A stretch of 64,000 nucleotides of DNA from Podarcis vaucheri. Its lineage: Eukaryota. Below the pieces are notes generated by a model, which worked only from the letters and a program-made list of their open reading frames with translations, had not been told where the DNA came from and ran no database searches. Each line of letters starts with the position of its first letter. The stretch's first letter is position 1. The stretch is taken from NCBI GenBank assembly GCA_965113315.1, contig OZ220363.1; one strand, given 5' to 3'. The position numbers and the translations under genes are program-made. Positions 33,532-47,600 of the stretch are shown in pieces.

Positions 33532-35648
33532 TATATAAAAATCATTTCACTTTAAAAGCATTACAGAGTGAGCACAGGACTCAAGGAACAGCAGGATGTT
33601 CCCCTCCCCCAGGGGTGCAAAGGAAAAGCAAAACAAAAGAAGTCAGTGAATTATTAGTCCCTCTTACAGCATTGAATTGGTCAGTGGGGAAGGGGCTTTT
33701 TTTGGTTTATCTGGAAATAAAAAAGGAAATAGTGTTTTACATTAGAAAAAGTCAAGTGACTCCTCCCTCAGAAGGCTGATTTGCATGTTTGATCCCTCCC
33801 ACTCCCCCCAAAAAGGAAAGAAAAACTGGGATAGGAGCATATCAGAGGCACCGAAAAATCTTCCACTTTAGGCCTTCCCCCACCCCCTCTTGTGCAATGT
33901 GGATTGTTAGTGTGGAGAGAATCCCAGGAGTTGAGGGCAACAGAGTTCCTTCCAGTTACTAGGCAGAGGCAGAGCTTGGGAGGCTGGGACGGAGGAGGGA
34001 GGGAAAGACTGCAGTCATCTTCCGTAGAAAAAAAGAAAGGTGGGAGTCACCAATATGGTGCCCAGAGCTAGTCACTATTGTCCCCTTTACTGCTGCTTTG
34101 CAGATTAGGACAAAGATTGTAAGCAGACCCTCTAAGTTCCTCTTGCTCCCCCAAACAGGTGAGCTATTAAGGTGCACAGCATAACCCTCGCCTAACCATG
34201 CTTTCACACCTCTCCCCAACCCATGAGCCCTTTAGGTGGTTGACAGATTCATTCCTGATCTCTCTCACTCAACTAGGATGCACCACGGCAATTACAACTA
34301 GGATTCTGGTTCTAGTTCAAGGAGGGGGGGAGAGGGAGGGAGAGGGGGGGAGAGAGGGGGGGAAGCAGGAGCGCAACTCTGTGCCAAAATATCCATCTCC
34401 CCAGCCCAAGCCCTTTTGCCTTTCTCACACAAAACTACCAAGGGCACAAAGCTTTTTCACAGTGGTGAAGAAAGGCACGTGTACATAGTGACAGATTTAA
34501 GAGTTTTCATTCCCCTGCCTGCATGGGAGGATTTGGGCAATATTTACAGACAAGTCTTCCCTCCCTCACAAACTTTCCACATCACCCAGCTTCCCAACTT
34601 CAACAGCCTTCTGCACTTTTTGCAGCCCAACCCAGGCACCCACTGCTTAAGCCAAAACTACCCACCGACAATCCCAAAACCAGACACAGCCAATGTGGTT
34701 CCTCTGCTCTCGACAGTCAACATCACTGCTTCCAGGTAGGGAGACTTCTGTCCCTTTCACCAACTTTCACCTAACGTACTCTGGTCCGATTCCACCTTTC
34801 CCTCAACCCCCCTGTACCCCGAACTGCTCTTCTCCCACAAATAAATAGCTTCCTAGGCGCTGATTTAATCCCTCTCAGATTAAAACTACCAAGAAGCAAG
34901 AAAACGGGAGGAAACAGATGCAAACCCACACATTCTTCCTCAGCCTATGAGGATACAGAGGGCTGTCATCTCAAAGAGATATTCTTTAAGGCCATCTTGC
35001 ATCCAGATGGCCCAGATGGCAGTCACCCACAAGCTGTCCCTCCTTTGTCATCCCCTCCCCCTTCCCTCCCTCCCAAACCACCACCACTACCACCACCACC
35101 AGGAATGTTCCAGTACTTCCAGCATCCTTTGTTGCAAGAAGAAAAAAAAGAATCACACACAAAAATATATTCTATAGGCTAAGAGAAGGAGGAGACTGGT
35201 CCTCTGAGTTCTTCTCCATGGAGAGAGAAGACACTGCATTTAAGAAAACAAAAAAAAAACCTAGTTCCAGTATGGTAGGTTTTCAGCTGAGATCCATCTG
35301 CACTACGGGGCTTCCATCATCTGCTGCAGATGAGAAGCTTGTAGTTTTATAGTGTTCTGCCTTAGTCGCTTGAGTGAGATCCATTGAGAGTATTTGGTCT
35401 TCAGGAATTGCTGCACTTTTGAAAAATACAGACAAAAAGTAGTGTCCAGGGAATTGGATGGGCGCAGCCGTCTACAGGGAGGTGTGAGGCCCTGTGGGCT
35501 CAGGCGGGGCCAGTCATTTGGCGCTGGGTGGCTGGACTTGTGTGCCCAAGAGATTTTTAAAAAAGAGAGAGAGTCAGTCCATTTCACCACAAAGTGTTAT
35601 ACAAAGTATGTTATAAACCCAAAACAGAGAAGGCAGATGGTGGCAGCT

Positions 35649-35660
35649 CTAGATCTTCTG
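35649..35660 (-). CDS. CTNND1: CTNND1 exon 21 coding part (QKI*)
   Basis: ccacag|CAG AAG ATC TAG. Confidence 0.9.
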   Translation of the reverse strand, partial: QKI

Positions 35661-38600
35661 CTGTGGAGAGAGACAAGAAAGCCCAGGTTAACACAGCCAC
35701 AAGTCCAATGGCAACAAGGGGAAGATTTATACAGAGCAAGCGGGCATGGAATCAAGCAATCCAAACTCCAAGTGTCCTCAGTGAGGCGGGTCTCTGAAAA
35801 GTGGATTGTTAAGCAACGTCCCAGATTTTGCCCCTGCGAATGCTTGATTTATTGATTTGAGGAACAGGCCAGATTTTCCTCTCCCCTGCTTTTGGATACA
35901 GAAGCAGAAGAGCACCAAAGCCACGGGACATACCATAGGAGGATAAAGCAACGCGTCACTCTCCGCAAAGGATTCCTGCCCTTCCTCCTGCTGTAGACAC
36001 ACACATTGTTAGTAAGGACGGGTTGTTATGTAGGAAGGGGAGAAAAGGGAGCAAGAAGTCTAACTGAGAAGTCACTGGGGAAAATGAAAGAGGCTGAGTT
36101 GAAGGTGTGAATAGTCAACAAAGACATGGGTTAGGTGTTTAGTTAACAAAACTGCAGCCCCCCAAAACACACTGGTATGGGGGTGGGGTGGGGGGGGAGA
36201 AATGGTTTGTACCAACACTATTCCCAATTCAGTTCTAGAAATCCTTGGCTTTCTAAGCTTTGAGGGTTTTGTTTGTTTTTAAACCTATCGAGGGATATAT
36301 AAACTACAAAAATAAGCTTGGACAGCAAGCTTCTCTTGTTCTCTCCCCATCTTTTTTGCTACCCGTGCCCAGAAACACCTATGCCCCAGAGGTCTCCCTC
36401 AATGGGCATATCCCAGTCTTTACCATCAGTGGGGCTCCCTTCATAGATTCCATTTCTTCTCCAGGTCGTTCCAATGTCCTATTATGGTCCCGCTCGTTCA
36501 GTGTAGAGTAATTGTCTGAAATGAAGAGGAAGGCTTGATATGAGGAAACGTCTCATGGGCCCAAGGTAAGCAAGGACACACTCTTCCCTTCCTCTGCGTC
36601 CGGAGTCAACTTACATCTCCCCAGCCAGCCAGGGAACAAGCATCATCTTCTCCTTCCTTGCTGATTTACAGATGAGAAGACGTGTGCACACAGAGCACTG
36701 ACCATCATTCCCTCCGCATTCTTCTCTCCACTCGGTATTCTCCCTACTAGCTAGCTCAATGGAACTGGGGGGGAAAGAGGACTCACCACAATGCTGCCTA
36801 GCCCTGGGACACCCTAGAGTGCAATAAGCCCGCTAATTTAAGGGAGAGAGACATACGCCAGCCTTAGTTTCTGGAAAAGCTGTGTCAACCTGAAGATAAC
36901 AAGAATGTATTAGCTGTAAGCATCTAGAGGGGAAAGATGAATCCTGTTTCATTTTGGAAAGGCTAGAAGGGATCTATCATTGGCTGAATGCCTACATAAA
37001 AGCAAGGCTATCCCCCTAATGCAGCTACCTACTGTGTTTTATTAGCAGGATACAAGCACACTGAAGCCAGAGAAACTATACTCAACTTACCTTACCAGTA
37101 ACAGCACTAGTTGTGCTTTATTCTTAGGAAAGCTAGCCTTCCAGCTACTAAGTGGCAGGAGGATTAGCTACCTCTGTGGGGTTGATGGACAGCACTGGCA
37201 AGAACCTAGCACAGCATCTGCACAGCTGGACTGGCTATGTATTGGTGTGCTCACATGTACAGGACTGAGTTAGATGACAAAGCACCTGTGGCCCACTAGG
37301 TTTTGGAGACAGGTTTAGAACACTGCACAGCTATACACAGAAGGGTGCTGGAGTTTATCCAGCAGNNNNNNNNNNNNNNNNNNNNNNNNNNNNNNNNNNN
37401 NNNNNNNNNNNNNNNNNNNNNNNNNNNNNNNNNNNNNNNNNNNNNNNNNNNNNNNNNNNNNNNNNNNNNNNNNNNNNNNNNNNNNNNNNNNNNNNNNNNC
37501 ATTTGGATCTCCTCTCGAGAAGATTTCTTGTCTGCACAGAATATAAAAATCAGAGGAGTTAGCAACAAAGTCCTTGCTCCTTGTTTTGACTAATGTGGGA
37601 CTTGTCTAATCTATAGCGGCATTAAGAGTAAGCCATTCAATTAAGGTCACAGCAGAAGTTCCCCACCAGCAGAAAGCCTACTGGCAATTTTGGTCATTCC
37701 CTTTCACTAGGCTAGAAATACTGATTAGGAGCAAATAATAATATTCTTAAAATCCTTCTACAGATTGAAACTTTCGACAGTTTTGGCTGATGACATTTTG
37801 TGTTGCTGCAACACTGAGCCACCCTTTCAAAACAAATGCATTCACTCTTTTTTTATCTTGCTCTTTGACTAATGGGCTCTTGCTGCAGCTCAGCGATAAT
37901 GAAGAGCGTCTTAAACAAAATAAATATCATGTTAAAAGTTACAACTAATCTTGCACTTACCTCCTTTTTGGTTCTTATCAATGAGGGGCAAGGTGCTGTC
38001 ATCAAAGGAGTTGCCACCCTGGCTTCGAGTACTGTTACTCCGGTTCACCTGAAAAGAAGGAACCAGCCGGTATATTTAAGCTGCCGTTACTACTGATGTT
38101 CCTGGCTACCTAAGTATTTCCTCAGCACTTCAAAGCATAGGCTGCCAGCCATGGGGGCTCTAGGTGCACCCCAGCACAACACAAACACGCCCATTAAAGA
38201 GGACAGGGCTGCAGAAACAAGCTTTCGCAGGTGTTAAATGCAGCCTGCCCTGAGAACCTAGGCCTTCAACTGAAAGGCCGGATTCACCCTTTGCTCTTTC
38301 AACACAGTGTGGCTTAGAGGTGAGAACACTGGACGAGGGAGGAATCCATTTTGAACTGATTTGTACATAATTTTGGCAGTTCTGACCTCATCAAGAGCTT
38401 TGATCTTACACTGGACCACCCTTGTGCATCAAGCGCCTGAACCCAGTCCAATTAATTATATGCAAAATTATACAAAAGAAACAACATTGCACTATGTCAA
38501 GTGTTCGATTGGGGGAAGCATTTCTGCTTGCCAGTCGAAATGACACCCCCTCTCCTCCCCCGCATGCTGTTCTGGGGGCTCCCCTGACCTCTCCAGTGTC

Positions 38601-41600
38601 AATTAGGAGGGTGTGTGGGGACCCTCCATTGCAAAAGACTTTCTGCTGATGGGGGGCTCATTTGTTGAAACCCACCGTCACACATATGAAAGTCAAAACA
38701 CATGTTGTGCTATATTTCTGCGGCATAATTTTATATGTTAATATAACTGTATTTGTATAGTTATATGCAATGCTGTATTTTTTCTGTTTAGGTGCTGGTT
38801 ACTTTAGGAATCCTAGAGTGTATGTCTGTACCCATATTAAGACTGTGCATAACATGCTAGAAGTGTTGGGGTTTTTTTGTGGAACTGGAGAGAACTCTCT
38901 TCTTGGCGAGTGAGGTGGGGATTAGAAAAAAATCCATGTGGATAAGCTCAACATTGGGGTTTTCAGAAAATTCCACCCCTGGCTTAACTCCCAAATACCT
39001 GGAAGTCAGACTTCTTCCATCCTTCCTTCTCCAGTGGCTTCCGCAATTCCTTATACCCCCAGATTGTCTGCAGTACAAGAGCAGCTGCTCTGATTTCTCT
39101 CTCTGAGCGGTTCCTAGGAGGAGAGAACAGAAGATTATTACAAAAGAACAAACAGCCCAGCCCATAAGCTTCCTAAAAGAAGGGTGGGGGGTTTGTAGAA
39201 ATCTGTGCAAGCACCCTCTACTTAACCCCCTTGGGAGCTGTACCCACCCGGATTTATTGATCAGCACCAGTTTCTCAATGCCTTGCGTCTCCCGCAGTTT
39301 CTTGGCTGCTTCCAAGTTATCCAGAATGACCTCATTTATGGTATTTAACACAGAGACCACAGTATCTTCAGAGAGGTTCTTAGCCGGCGTTTGCTGTCCC
39401 CCTGGCAAATTCTTCACTAAACTGGGGATTGCATGCTTGCCTAGGAAAAGGATAAGATCAGAGTTGGTTAGGGGGAAAGGAACAATATAAACAGAAGTGA
39501 TCAGAAGACAGAAGCAGAATTGCCCAACAGACTCTTTTAGACCTCGAAGGCTCTTCTACCATGAAACTGATATAAGGCACAAGCTGAATATAGCGGAGAG
39601 GGAGGATTCTGTTCTCAGCTGATCAAGGGAATGCAACTGTCAGAACTTCATTCATTCACCCAGCAGAGCAAGTTGCCAGCCAAGCCTTATTTAGCTAGAT
39701 GACAGGAAAAGCCATAACAAAATGCTAGTGCTCTTGTTGGGACTACAACTCCCATCAACCCTTACTTTGGAGCCATGTTGTTTGGGGTAGACGGAAACTG
39801 AAATTTATATAGATAGATATATACTGGAGAAGCCTAAAAACCCTCAACACACTTGAACATTGCATCACTTTATGCCAGTTTCCCTAAATCTGGTGCCCTC
39901 TAGAGGCTGTTGGATGGACTCCAACTCCCATCACCCCTATACTTGGGCCATGCTGACTGGGGCTGATGGAGGGCAAAGGCTTTTCTCGCCAACCTCCACC
40001 TTCCAATATTCTACTATGATGCTTGATCAATAATGATCACAAACCCACAAGCAATTATCCTGCCACCTATGGGCACAGGGACCCTGACCACCAGTGTGTT
40101 CCCTGGCACTGAGCATCTTTCAAGAAGCAGTTTGAGTTGTGTTTGGTTTGGCCAATTCTTGGCATAACTCAGCTAGCATGTGTTTCGGAAAGGACTGGGC
40201 CCCCCCCCCTCCCGAAGTGTTACCTACACCCAACTGCTGAGACAGGACAAGAAATCCACCCAAGTCCCTTCCCTTCCTGCTCTCACCTATCAGCTCTTTG
40301 TTACGGGAATCCACTGCCAGGTTGCGCAGGGCTCCAGACGCAGCTTTCACCACACGCTCACTGTCGTAAGTCAGCAGGTCCGCAATGGCAGAGAGGCCTT
40401 TCTCCTGGCGCAACGCAGAGCGGATGTACCGACCGTACTGCAAAGAGAGAAAGCACAAGACACTTGGCTTTAGTGAAAGAGCTACATGAGAAGCTATTAG
40501 ATCTACCCAAGAAGTGGGCTCCATACCCAGGAATATTTTTTCCCCCTGAACAAAATGCCCCTGGCCTTACCTCTGCATTCCCACAACATTAGTACAGTGA
40601 GAGCTCAGTTTCCTTAGGAATTCCCATAGCAAAAGTCCACTGGCAATCCAATGCGGAGACCAGCTGTTTGTTTTTATAGTTAACACCCAGCTTGCCAAAT
40701 GCCTTCTTAACCACAATGTTGACTTCACTATTCCACTCCGGAAATTCCCCATCAGGCTGAGACTACAGCCTAGACATGAAAAGCTATCGAAGGGATCCGT
40801 GAATGGACGGTCCTTGCAGCCATGAAAGGAGCACAGAGAACATTGCCAGGGACTTCCATGGCTGCTGCCTTCTAAACTGGACCTGCTTGTCCAGTTCAAC
40901 ATGCGCTGGGATGCTAGGAGGGACCGGATGGGACTCCTACTCACTTATGCACAATGAGGCCTCTCTGCTTTGCCCGCAGCCTTAACTACAAACCTTTGCC
41001 CAAGATAGGTCTTTTTTAATTAAAGAAGAAGGCAGATCCCAGTTTGCAGTCCCTGCCTCTCTCGGGTGGCCCACTCACCGTCCAACGCCCAGCACACAAA
41101 TTCTGGATGGCTCCTGCTGAAGCTTCTAAGATAGCTTGAGTTTTGCTCTCCTTCAACAGGGAAATATATATGCGGACAATTTCTGGCTGGAAGAGGAGCT
41201 CATAACCTAGCAAAACGGGAGAGAAGGAAGTTTCATGTCAAGCCTGCCAAGCTCTCTTTTAGGTAGTGCCCCCCACCAGGAACAAAGGAAGCTGCCTTAT
41301 CATGCACTTGGGTTGATTTAGTTCAGCGCTCTGAACACTGATCATGACTGCAGGACCTTCTGCAGGAGGAGATGGTTACCACTGAGCTATAACTCTTCCC
41401 CAAAGAGCTCCTCACAAGATGGGTGGTGGCTGGGGGTGGGGATAGCAGTGCCCCCTTGGTAAAAAAAACAAAACCCTTCCCATGGCAGACCTGCCTGGTG
41501 CCAACACTGCCTAGCACTGAAATGATGGCAAATATGTATTGTTTTCCCCTAGACACTCTGATGGATCAATGCTATGCAGTCACCTTTCAGGTAAGGCAAC

Positions 41601-44600
41601 TGCAGGCACAGAGCAGTTATTTTCTCAGCACACCTGCATGCCACACCTTTGCTGAGAAGTTCAAGAATCTCCCACCTTCACCCAAACCCTGTGCAAATCT
41701 CATGTCCTTTGCCTGCATTAAAGGCTGATCATGTGGGAGCTCACACAACAAGATACCATACAGGAGAAGTAGTTAAAACAAATTTACACTGCCCCCTCAT
41801 CCAAAAGTGAGAAAGGGGTACCTTTAAGAAGCTGCCTTAAACCAGATCAGAACTTTTGTCCATCTAGCTCTGTGTTGTCTATTGTGACTAGCTGTGGCTA
41901 CTCAGTGTCTCAAGCAGAGAGGCTTCCCTACTATGGGAAATCAGACAAGCCATTGCCCTTGCCCAGAAAAAGGGTAAGAAACATTACCTTTTGCAGGGGT
42001 TTGTCTTTTGGGGAAGTCTACGATATCGGTAGAAGGATCCTCTGCCGGTTTTTTACCTTGTAGGGAGGGAAACCCAAACAAACAATATCAGGAAAAGGAA
42101 CTGAAGAGAGGGAGAATTTCCAAAAGCTCTTCATCACCAACACACTGACCCCCGTACTGTTGGCAATAACTGGCAGTGGATCTCCAGTCACAGAGTCTTT
42201 GTGCAGTACTGCCACCAGAGATCCTTCTACTGAAGGGTGGGGAACCTGCGGTCCTCCCTAGGTTGCTGGCCTCCAGTTCTCATGATCCCTGAGCACTGGG
42301 CATGCTGGCTGGGACTGATGGGAGCTGGAGTCCAGCAGCAACCGGAGGGTCATTGGCCTGATCCAGCAGGCTCTACTTCTGCTCTTTCCACCCCCATCCC
42401 ACCCTAGCTTTAACTGGAGATGCCAGGAATGAATTAACGGATGCAATCTATTCTAAACAATCTACTAACATTTGACTGAACTAAGTACATTGCATATGCG
42501 AGGAATGCTTCCTGTGGGGTGGGAGTATAGGGGAATTGTTTGTTATATGTATTTTTAGAAACTGAAAGAAGAATTTTTCAAAATCAGGATTTCTACCACT
42601 GAACTATGGTCCCACTCTACTCAGTTCAAAACGGCCAAGGCTAGAGAAGCACATAGACTAGCAGCCCTGCACAGCTGTCAAGCAAAACAGGCCTGACTTC
42701 TTGCTGTTCCGCACTAACCACGCCACACCGGCATTGAGATTGGGGCTGGTGCTCTCCTGCCTCAGGCAGCTGTTGCACCACACGCCCTGCTCTGGCACTT
42801 TCACCACCCGCACCCAGGAAACATGCAGCATGCAAGTCAATGCAATGTCTTTGGTTAGGATCCAAGAGGGAGGTTTCCTTGGGAGGCAATGCAAACTGAG
42901 CATAATAATGCACAGCTGGCGTTCTCCCAATCTGCACCATCTACTCTGTTCAAGAGCCGTGTTTTTTTCAAGTCAACTATTGCAGGGTGGGGGAGGAGTG
43001 AATGTCGCAAAGACCAGGAGTGGCACAAGTAAGCAGGAAAGGGAAACAAGCACAGCAGGAAACAGAGAATTAAAGAAAGGGCTCCTCTCGCTGCAGAAGT
43101 CAGGCACAACAACAAGGAGGTTACTTAGCTGTTTTTTCCATGGGCATTATTATCTCTCCCCACCCTCTGACATCTCATGATTTCATGTCTCAAAGAGAAA
43201 AGGTCAGTTCACACAGAGAGATTACACTCAGCTGAGAATTACAGCCAAGAGGCAGCTTTCTGACAGGCACCCATGTACAATACATGCATCTCCAAACATG
43301 CTTTGCCACATTCACATTTTGCGCTTGCATCTGAAAAGGTGTGGCGCAGGGGAGACCAGCCTGTGAGCCTCTAGAAGTTGCTGGACCCCTGGTTCCCACC
43401 ATTCTTGACTACTGGGCTATTCCGGTTGGGCCTGACAGGACCCGGTAAACCAGAAATAGCTGGATGCCTACAAGATTCCCCATCACAGGCAGCTTTGATG
43501 CTAGTCCTCTCTGCACCCGGTGCTCCTTGCCTTGAAGGGAGTTCTTAGGTGCGACCCCAGCAGAATGCAAGACTATGAACTCAGCATTGTCTACCAAGCA
43601 AGGGCAACGTATTGTTCAAGTACAGAACAGTACTGTGTGCTTGTGCTACTGGTCAGGTGTGGCCACAGCGACGAGGAGGGCAGAGGAAAGCTTTGGAAGA
43701 AGCTTGCGAAGTCACATGTTTTATAGAAACAAGCATGTCCCACCCCCGGCCGCCCCCTGGGAAAAAAGCTCAACTCACCTCTCGAGAACCACTCGTCTTT
43801 GGGCGGAGGAGGAGGAGAGGGGAGAAGGGAGGCAAGAGAGTAGAGATGCCAGCAGGATTCACAGGCCATTTGGAAGGAAAGCAAAAGAGAAGGGGAAACA
43901 GGCCACAAATTAGTCGAAAACCCCCATCCATCACCTTGATTGACACACCAAAAAGACCAGTCATCAGGCCTTGAGAGACAAAAGAGCAGGAGAGCCAGGA
44001 AAAGTTACTGCAGCTACAGAACGCTTCAGTGGAAAAGCAGCAGCTTGTCCTTACGAGGCCAAGGACAACTTAAGCAGCACTCAGAAACATCTCTCCCTGC
44101 CGTCCTCCAGCCCGACCCCGTCTATGCAAGGCTGGGCAGGGAACAAGGCAATCCTACCTTTGCCCTTTTTGGCACCAAAGCAGCTGGCTGCATGGGGACC
44201 GGTGTTGTTGGCCGCATTGAGGGGCACTTCCTGGTAACGCTCTGCGTGGGGGATCTCACGGTGCACCTGGTAGGACAGGTTCCTCAGGAGGCAAACGCAG
44301 TTCTCCACAAGCTGGCAAAAGACAGACAATTCCTCAAGATGGGCATCAAAGTCACAGAAATGCAAGAGTTTGGGAGTTGCGTGCACAAGAATAAGCAAGT
44401 ACAAGAATTTGGGGGTGGGGGCATCTGACAGCAGCAACACATTCAGGCTGTGAGCAGGAGCCAATATGCCCTCACCTCACTGATGGGCACTGATAGCAAG
44501 CCCTATCAAGATTAGATGCACCAAGGTGTTGCCCATTGGGAACTGCCTAGTGCAACTGAGGGGGGCCACCATCTGTGAGCCCGAAATTGTCCATTTGCAG

Positions 44601-47600
44601 GTGTTGTCTGAATCCAAGCTGTGCCTGCAAACAGGCTTCAAAGGGGCTTCCTGTAATCGCCAGCCAGCTGCTTACAACAATCCACTGGAGCTTTGTCAAA
44701 GTCGGCTTGCTGGGTGATGGTGCGGGATTAATGATCTGGCCCACCAGCTGATCCAGCTCCCCATCCTGATGTAAAGGGCATCAGCTGGGGGGAGGTGGGG
44801 AGAGACAAGCTGCCTTAGTGCATCTGTGAAACAACCCAGAGACCCAAGTGGAATACCACTTTGTGAAGTGGAAGTTCCCTACAAAAGGGCAGGCGGGGCA
44901 AACATTATGCCCAACATTACAAGGATGGATCTGCGGTGGGGAAGAGAAAATGGATACATCTACGTGCTTTATTGGGAATCTCCTCTTTACAAAATGGGAG
45001 AAATGTTCCTGGTATGGGTGAAAATTAAAGACTCTCCGACTCAGGCACCTAGATGCCGCTCTCAGAAAAGGGGGAAATCAGAAGACAGGCAAACACAGCA
45101 CATTGCATTTGGTGCAGAAGGATCTCTCCCTACCGCCAAGAAGGGCAAGTGGCAACTAGAATAGGGCTACCTCCTCCCACACTCCCATTACCTTGCTGTC
45201 TAAATCTTTCTGGCCAATCTCTGCTTGGACAATGTGGATGAGGGCATCCACTAGCCCATCACACTCCCGCAACTTTCGGCGGGCTTCACTCCTCTCCGAG
45301 CTGACATTTCTACAAAGAGAGAAAAAGAAACGTTAGAAAGATGGAGACACTATCAGGTAGTGACTGTTAAAGCCTGTCTGCTTTCCTGTGCTTAAATTTA
45401 GGTCACATTTTCACTCTCAAGTCTGTGCTGGGTTTGTGGGTGGAGATTTCAAGCCCCTGGCTTGAAATCTGGGAACCTTCAGACATCATGGCAGAAGCCT
45501 TTTCCAGCCTTTTCCTCATACAACCTGCTACACCGTCCTAGTCAGGCTAACTGTAAACCTCATGGGCTATCTATTTCAGCTCCAACACTGCCTGTCACCC
45601 AATTTTCTGCTGCTGCAAAACACACACACACACACACACACACACCAGCCAGGAAGACCAGCAACTTCATCTTGTTCCTTCTGTGTGGCCCATCTCTTAG
45701 CCCAGCCAGAATTAGGGGACAGACACCAGAGTACATTGCTCCAATGACCTGCAGTCAGGAATTCAACATTAAGGCAAAGCAGGAGTTCTATGGTCTTCTC
45801 AAGTTATAGCATCTCCAGTTTATTAGAAGGCACCAATCTCAGCTCCAAGAGTCCAGTCTAAATGGTTCATCTCACTTCTACCAGAGCCTCCTCCCAATAA
45901 GCTGGCAAACATTAGGCTTGCCTTACGTCTGCTAAAAACAGGGCCTTTTGTGTGGCAGCATCCAACTTTTGGAATGTGCTCGCCGTGAACATCAGCCAGG
46001 CACCTACAGCAGGGTCACTCAGGTGTCTGCTTAAAGTTGATATGCAGATCAACGGCCTCCAGCACACGGAGCACGCAGGTGTGCCTGGAGGTGCAGGGCA
46101 GCCCCAGCTTACCTAAGGCAGCCAATGGTGTTGGTGAGCACTGACTCCCACTCTATGTGGCGGGGCTTCGAGTCCTCGCTGGGCTCCCTCTCCCATCCAG
46201 AGTGTGGGATGATGACCTCGTCCGTGAGGGCATGTAAGGCATTGTCCACAATGGCCATTTTTATCGAGTCGTGAGAGGACAGGTTCCAGAGTGTTCCTGC
46301 GCCAAGAGAAAGCGTTTGCCTGGTCAAGGAGTGCCTGGAAGAGCTCCGATGCCTCCGCCTCCGCCTTCCCTCCCAAAGCCCAGAAATTACCTGTGATGAC
46401 CTCGGTGAGGTCCATGTCGCGCGCCTTCCTTAGCAGCCGCACCAGAGCAGGGACACCGTCGCAGTTCTTGATGGCGATCTTGTTGTCCTGGTCCCGGCCG
46501 TAGGAGATGTTCTTCAGGGCCCCGCACGCCCCGTAGTGCACCTCCTTCTTCGGGTGGTCCAGCAGCTCCACCAGCACCGGGATGCCCTTCATCTTGCGCA
46601 CCTCCGTCTTCACCTTGTCGTTGCGGTAGCACAGGTGCTGCAGGTAGGCCGCGGCGTTGGACTTCACCGCATCCAGGCGGAAGCCCAGCATGGCGATCAC
46701 CTCGGGGAGCTCAGGCTGGCGCCAGTTGGGCGGGGGCGGGCCCCCTTTCTGCAGGCTATCCATGCTGGCTAGGCTGCCCCTCTCGTGCTGGGCCAGGGGG
46801 GCCCAGTAGTACTGGTCTCTAGCCAAATCATCCACCAACATGTCCTCGTAACTCCTGCAAAGGAGGGAGGAAGAGAAGCAAGTTACTTTCAGGATCCGTC
46901 AGTCATCCAAAGCAGCTGAACTGCCACAAACAGGAACCAGGCTGGTCTGCCTATCTACAGAAGAGATCTGCGGGACAAGGATTAAGAAGGGGTTCCACCA
47001 TCACCAACCACCTGTTTAAATTTCTTGGTAGGATAAGGTAACACAGCCACCCAGTCGTGGCATATCATCCCCACTGCTGCCATGCTAAAAGCTGAAAGTG
47101 TGGCTCACAAAGCTGTGCCCAAACAGCCAATCCTCTAGCAAAGCCTTTCTCAACCAGTGGATCCCCAGATGTTGTTGAACTACAACTCCCATCACCCCTA
47201 GCTAGCAAGGCCAGAGCTCAGGGATGATGGGAGTTGTAGTCCAACAACATCTGGAGACCCACAGGTTGAGAACCGCTGCCAGGAACAGGTGGTAGCAGAA
47301 CTTCCTAGTATAACCAAGTAAGAAGGCCCCCTTTCCCTGCATCACCTTGACTTTCCTTTCTTGCTCAAGTTTTCAGATATGTAGGCGACCACAAGCTCTC
47401 AGGGTCAAGCACCCGAGTGCCTCTAATTTGTCTTGAAATTAGAAGCAGATAATAACAATGACAGCAGCTTACACCAGTGGCTTAAGCTGGGCCCAGGAAG
47501 AAATGGTTTTAGTTCTTAAAGAGGGGTGAGCAAGTTCCCAGGTAGTTTTGTCACTGGGGATTTTTCCAGCACCTTTCGCCTCCTTTAAGATATAGACACT

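Noticed and set aside
34321-34362. G-rich tract as an RNA G-quadruplex in the CTNND1 3'UTR
   Set aside because: The G-runs are on the template strand; the mRNA is C/U-rich here.
35303-35328. Alternative CTNND1 terminal exon ctgcag|CAG ATG ATG GAA GCC CCG TAG
   Set aside because: The polypyrimidine tract is weak and there is no homology support.
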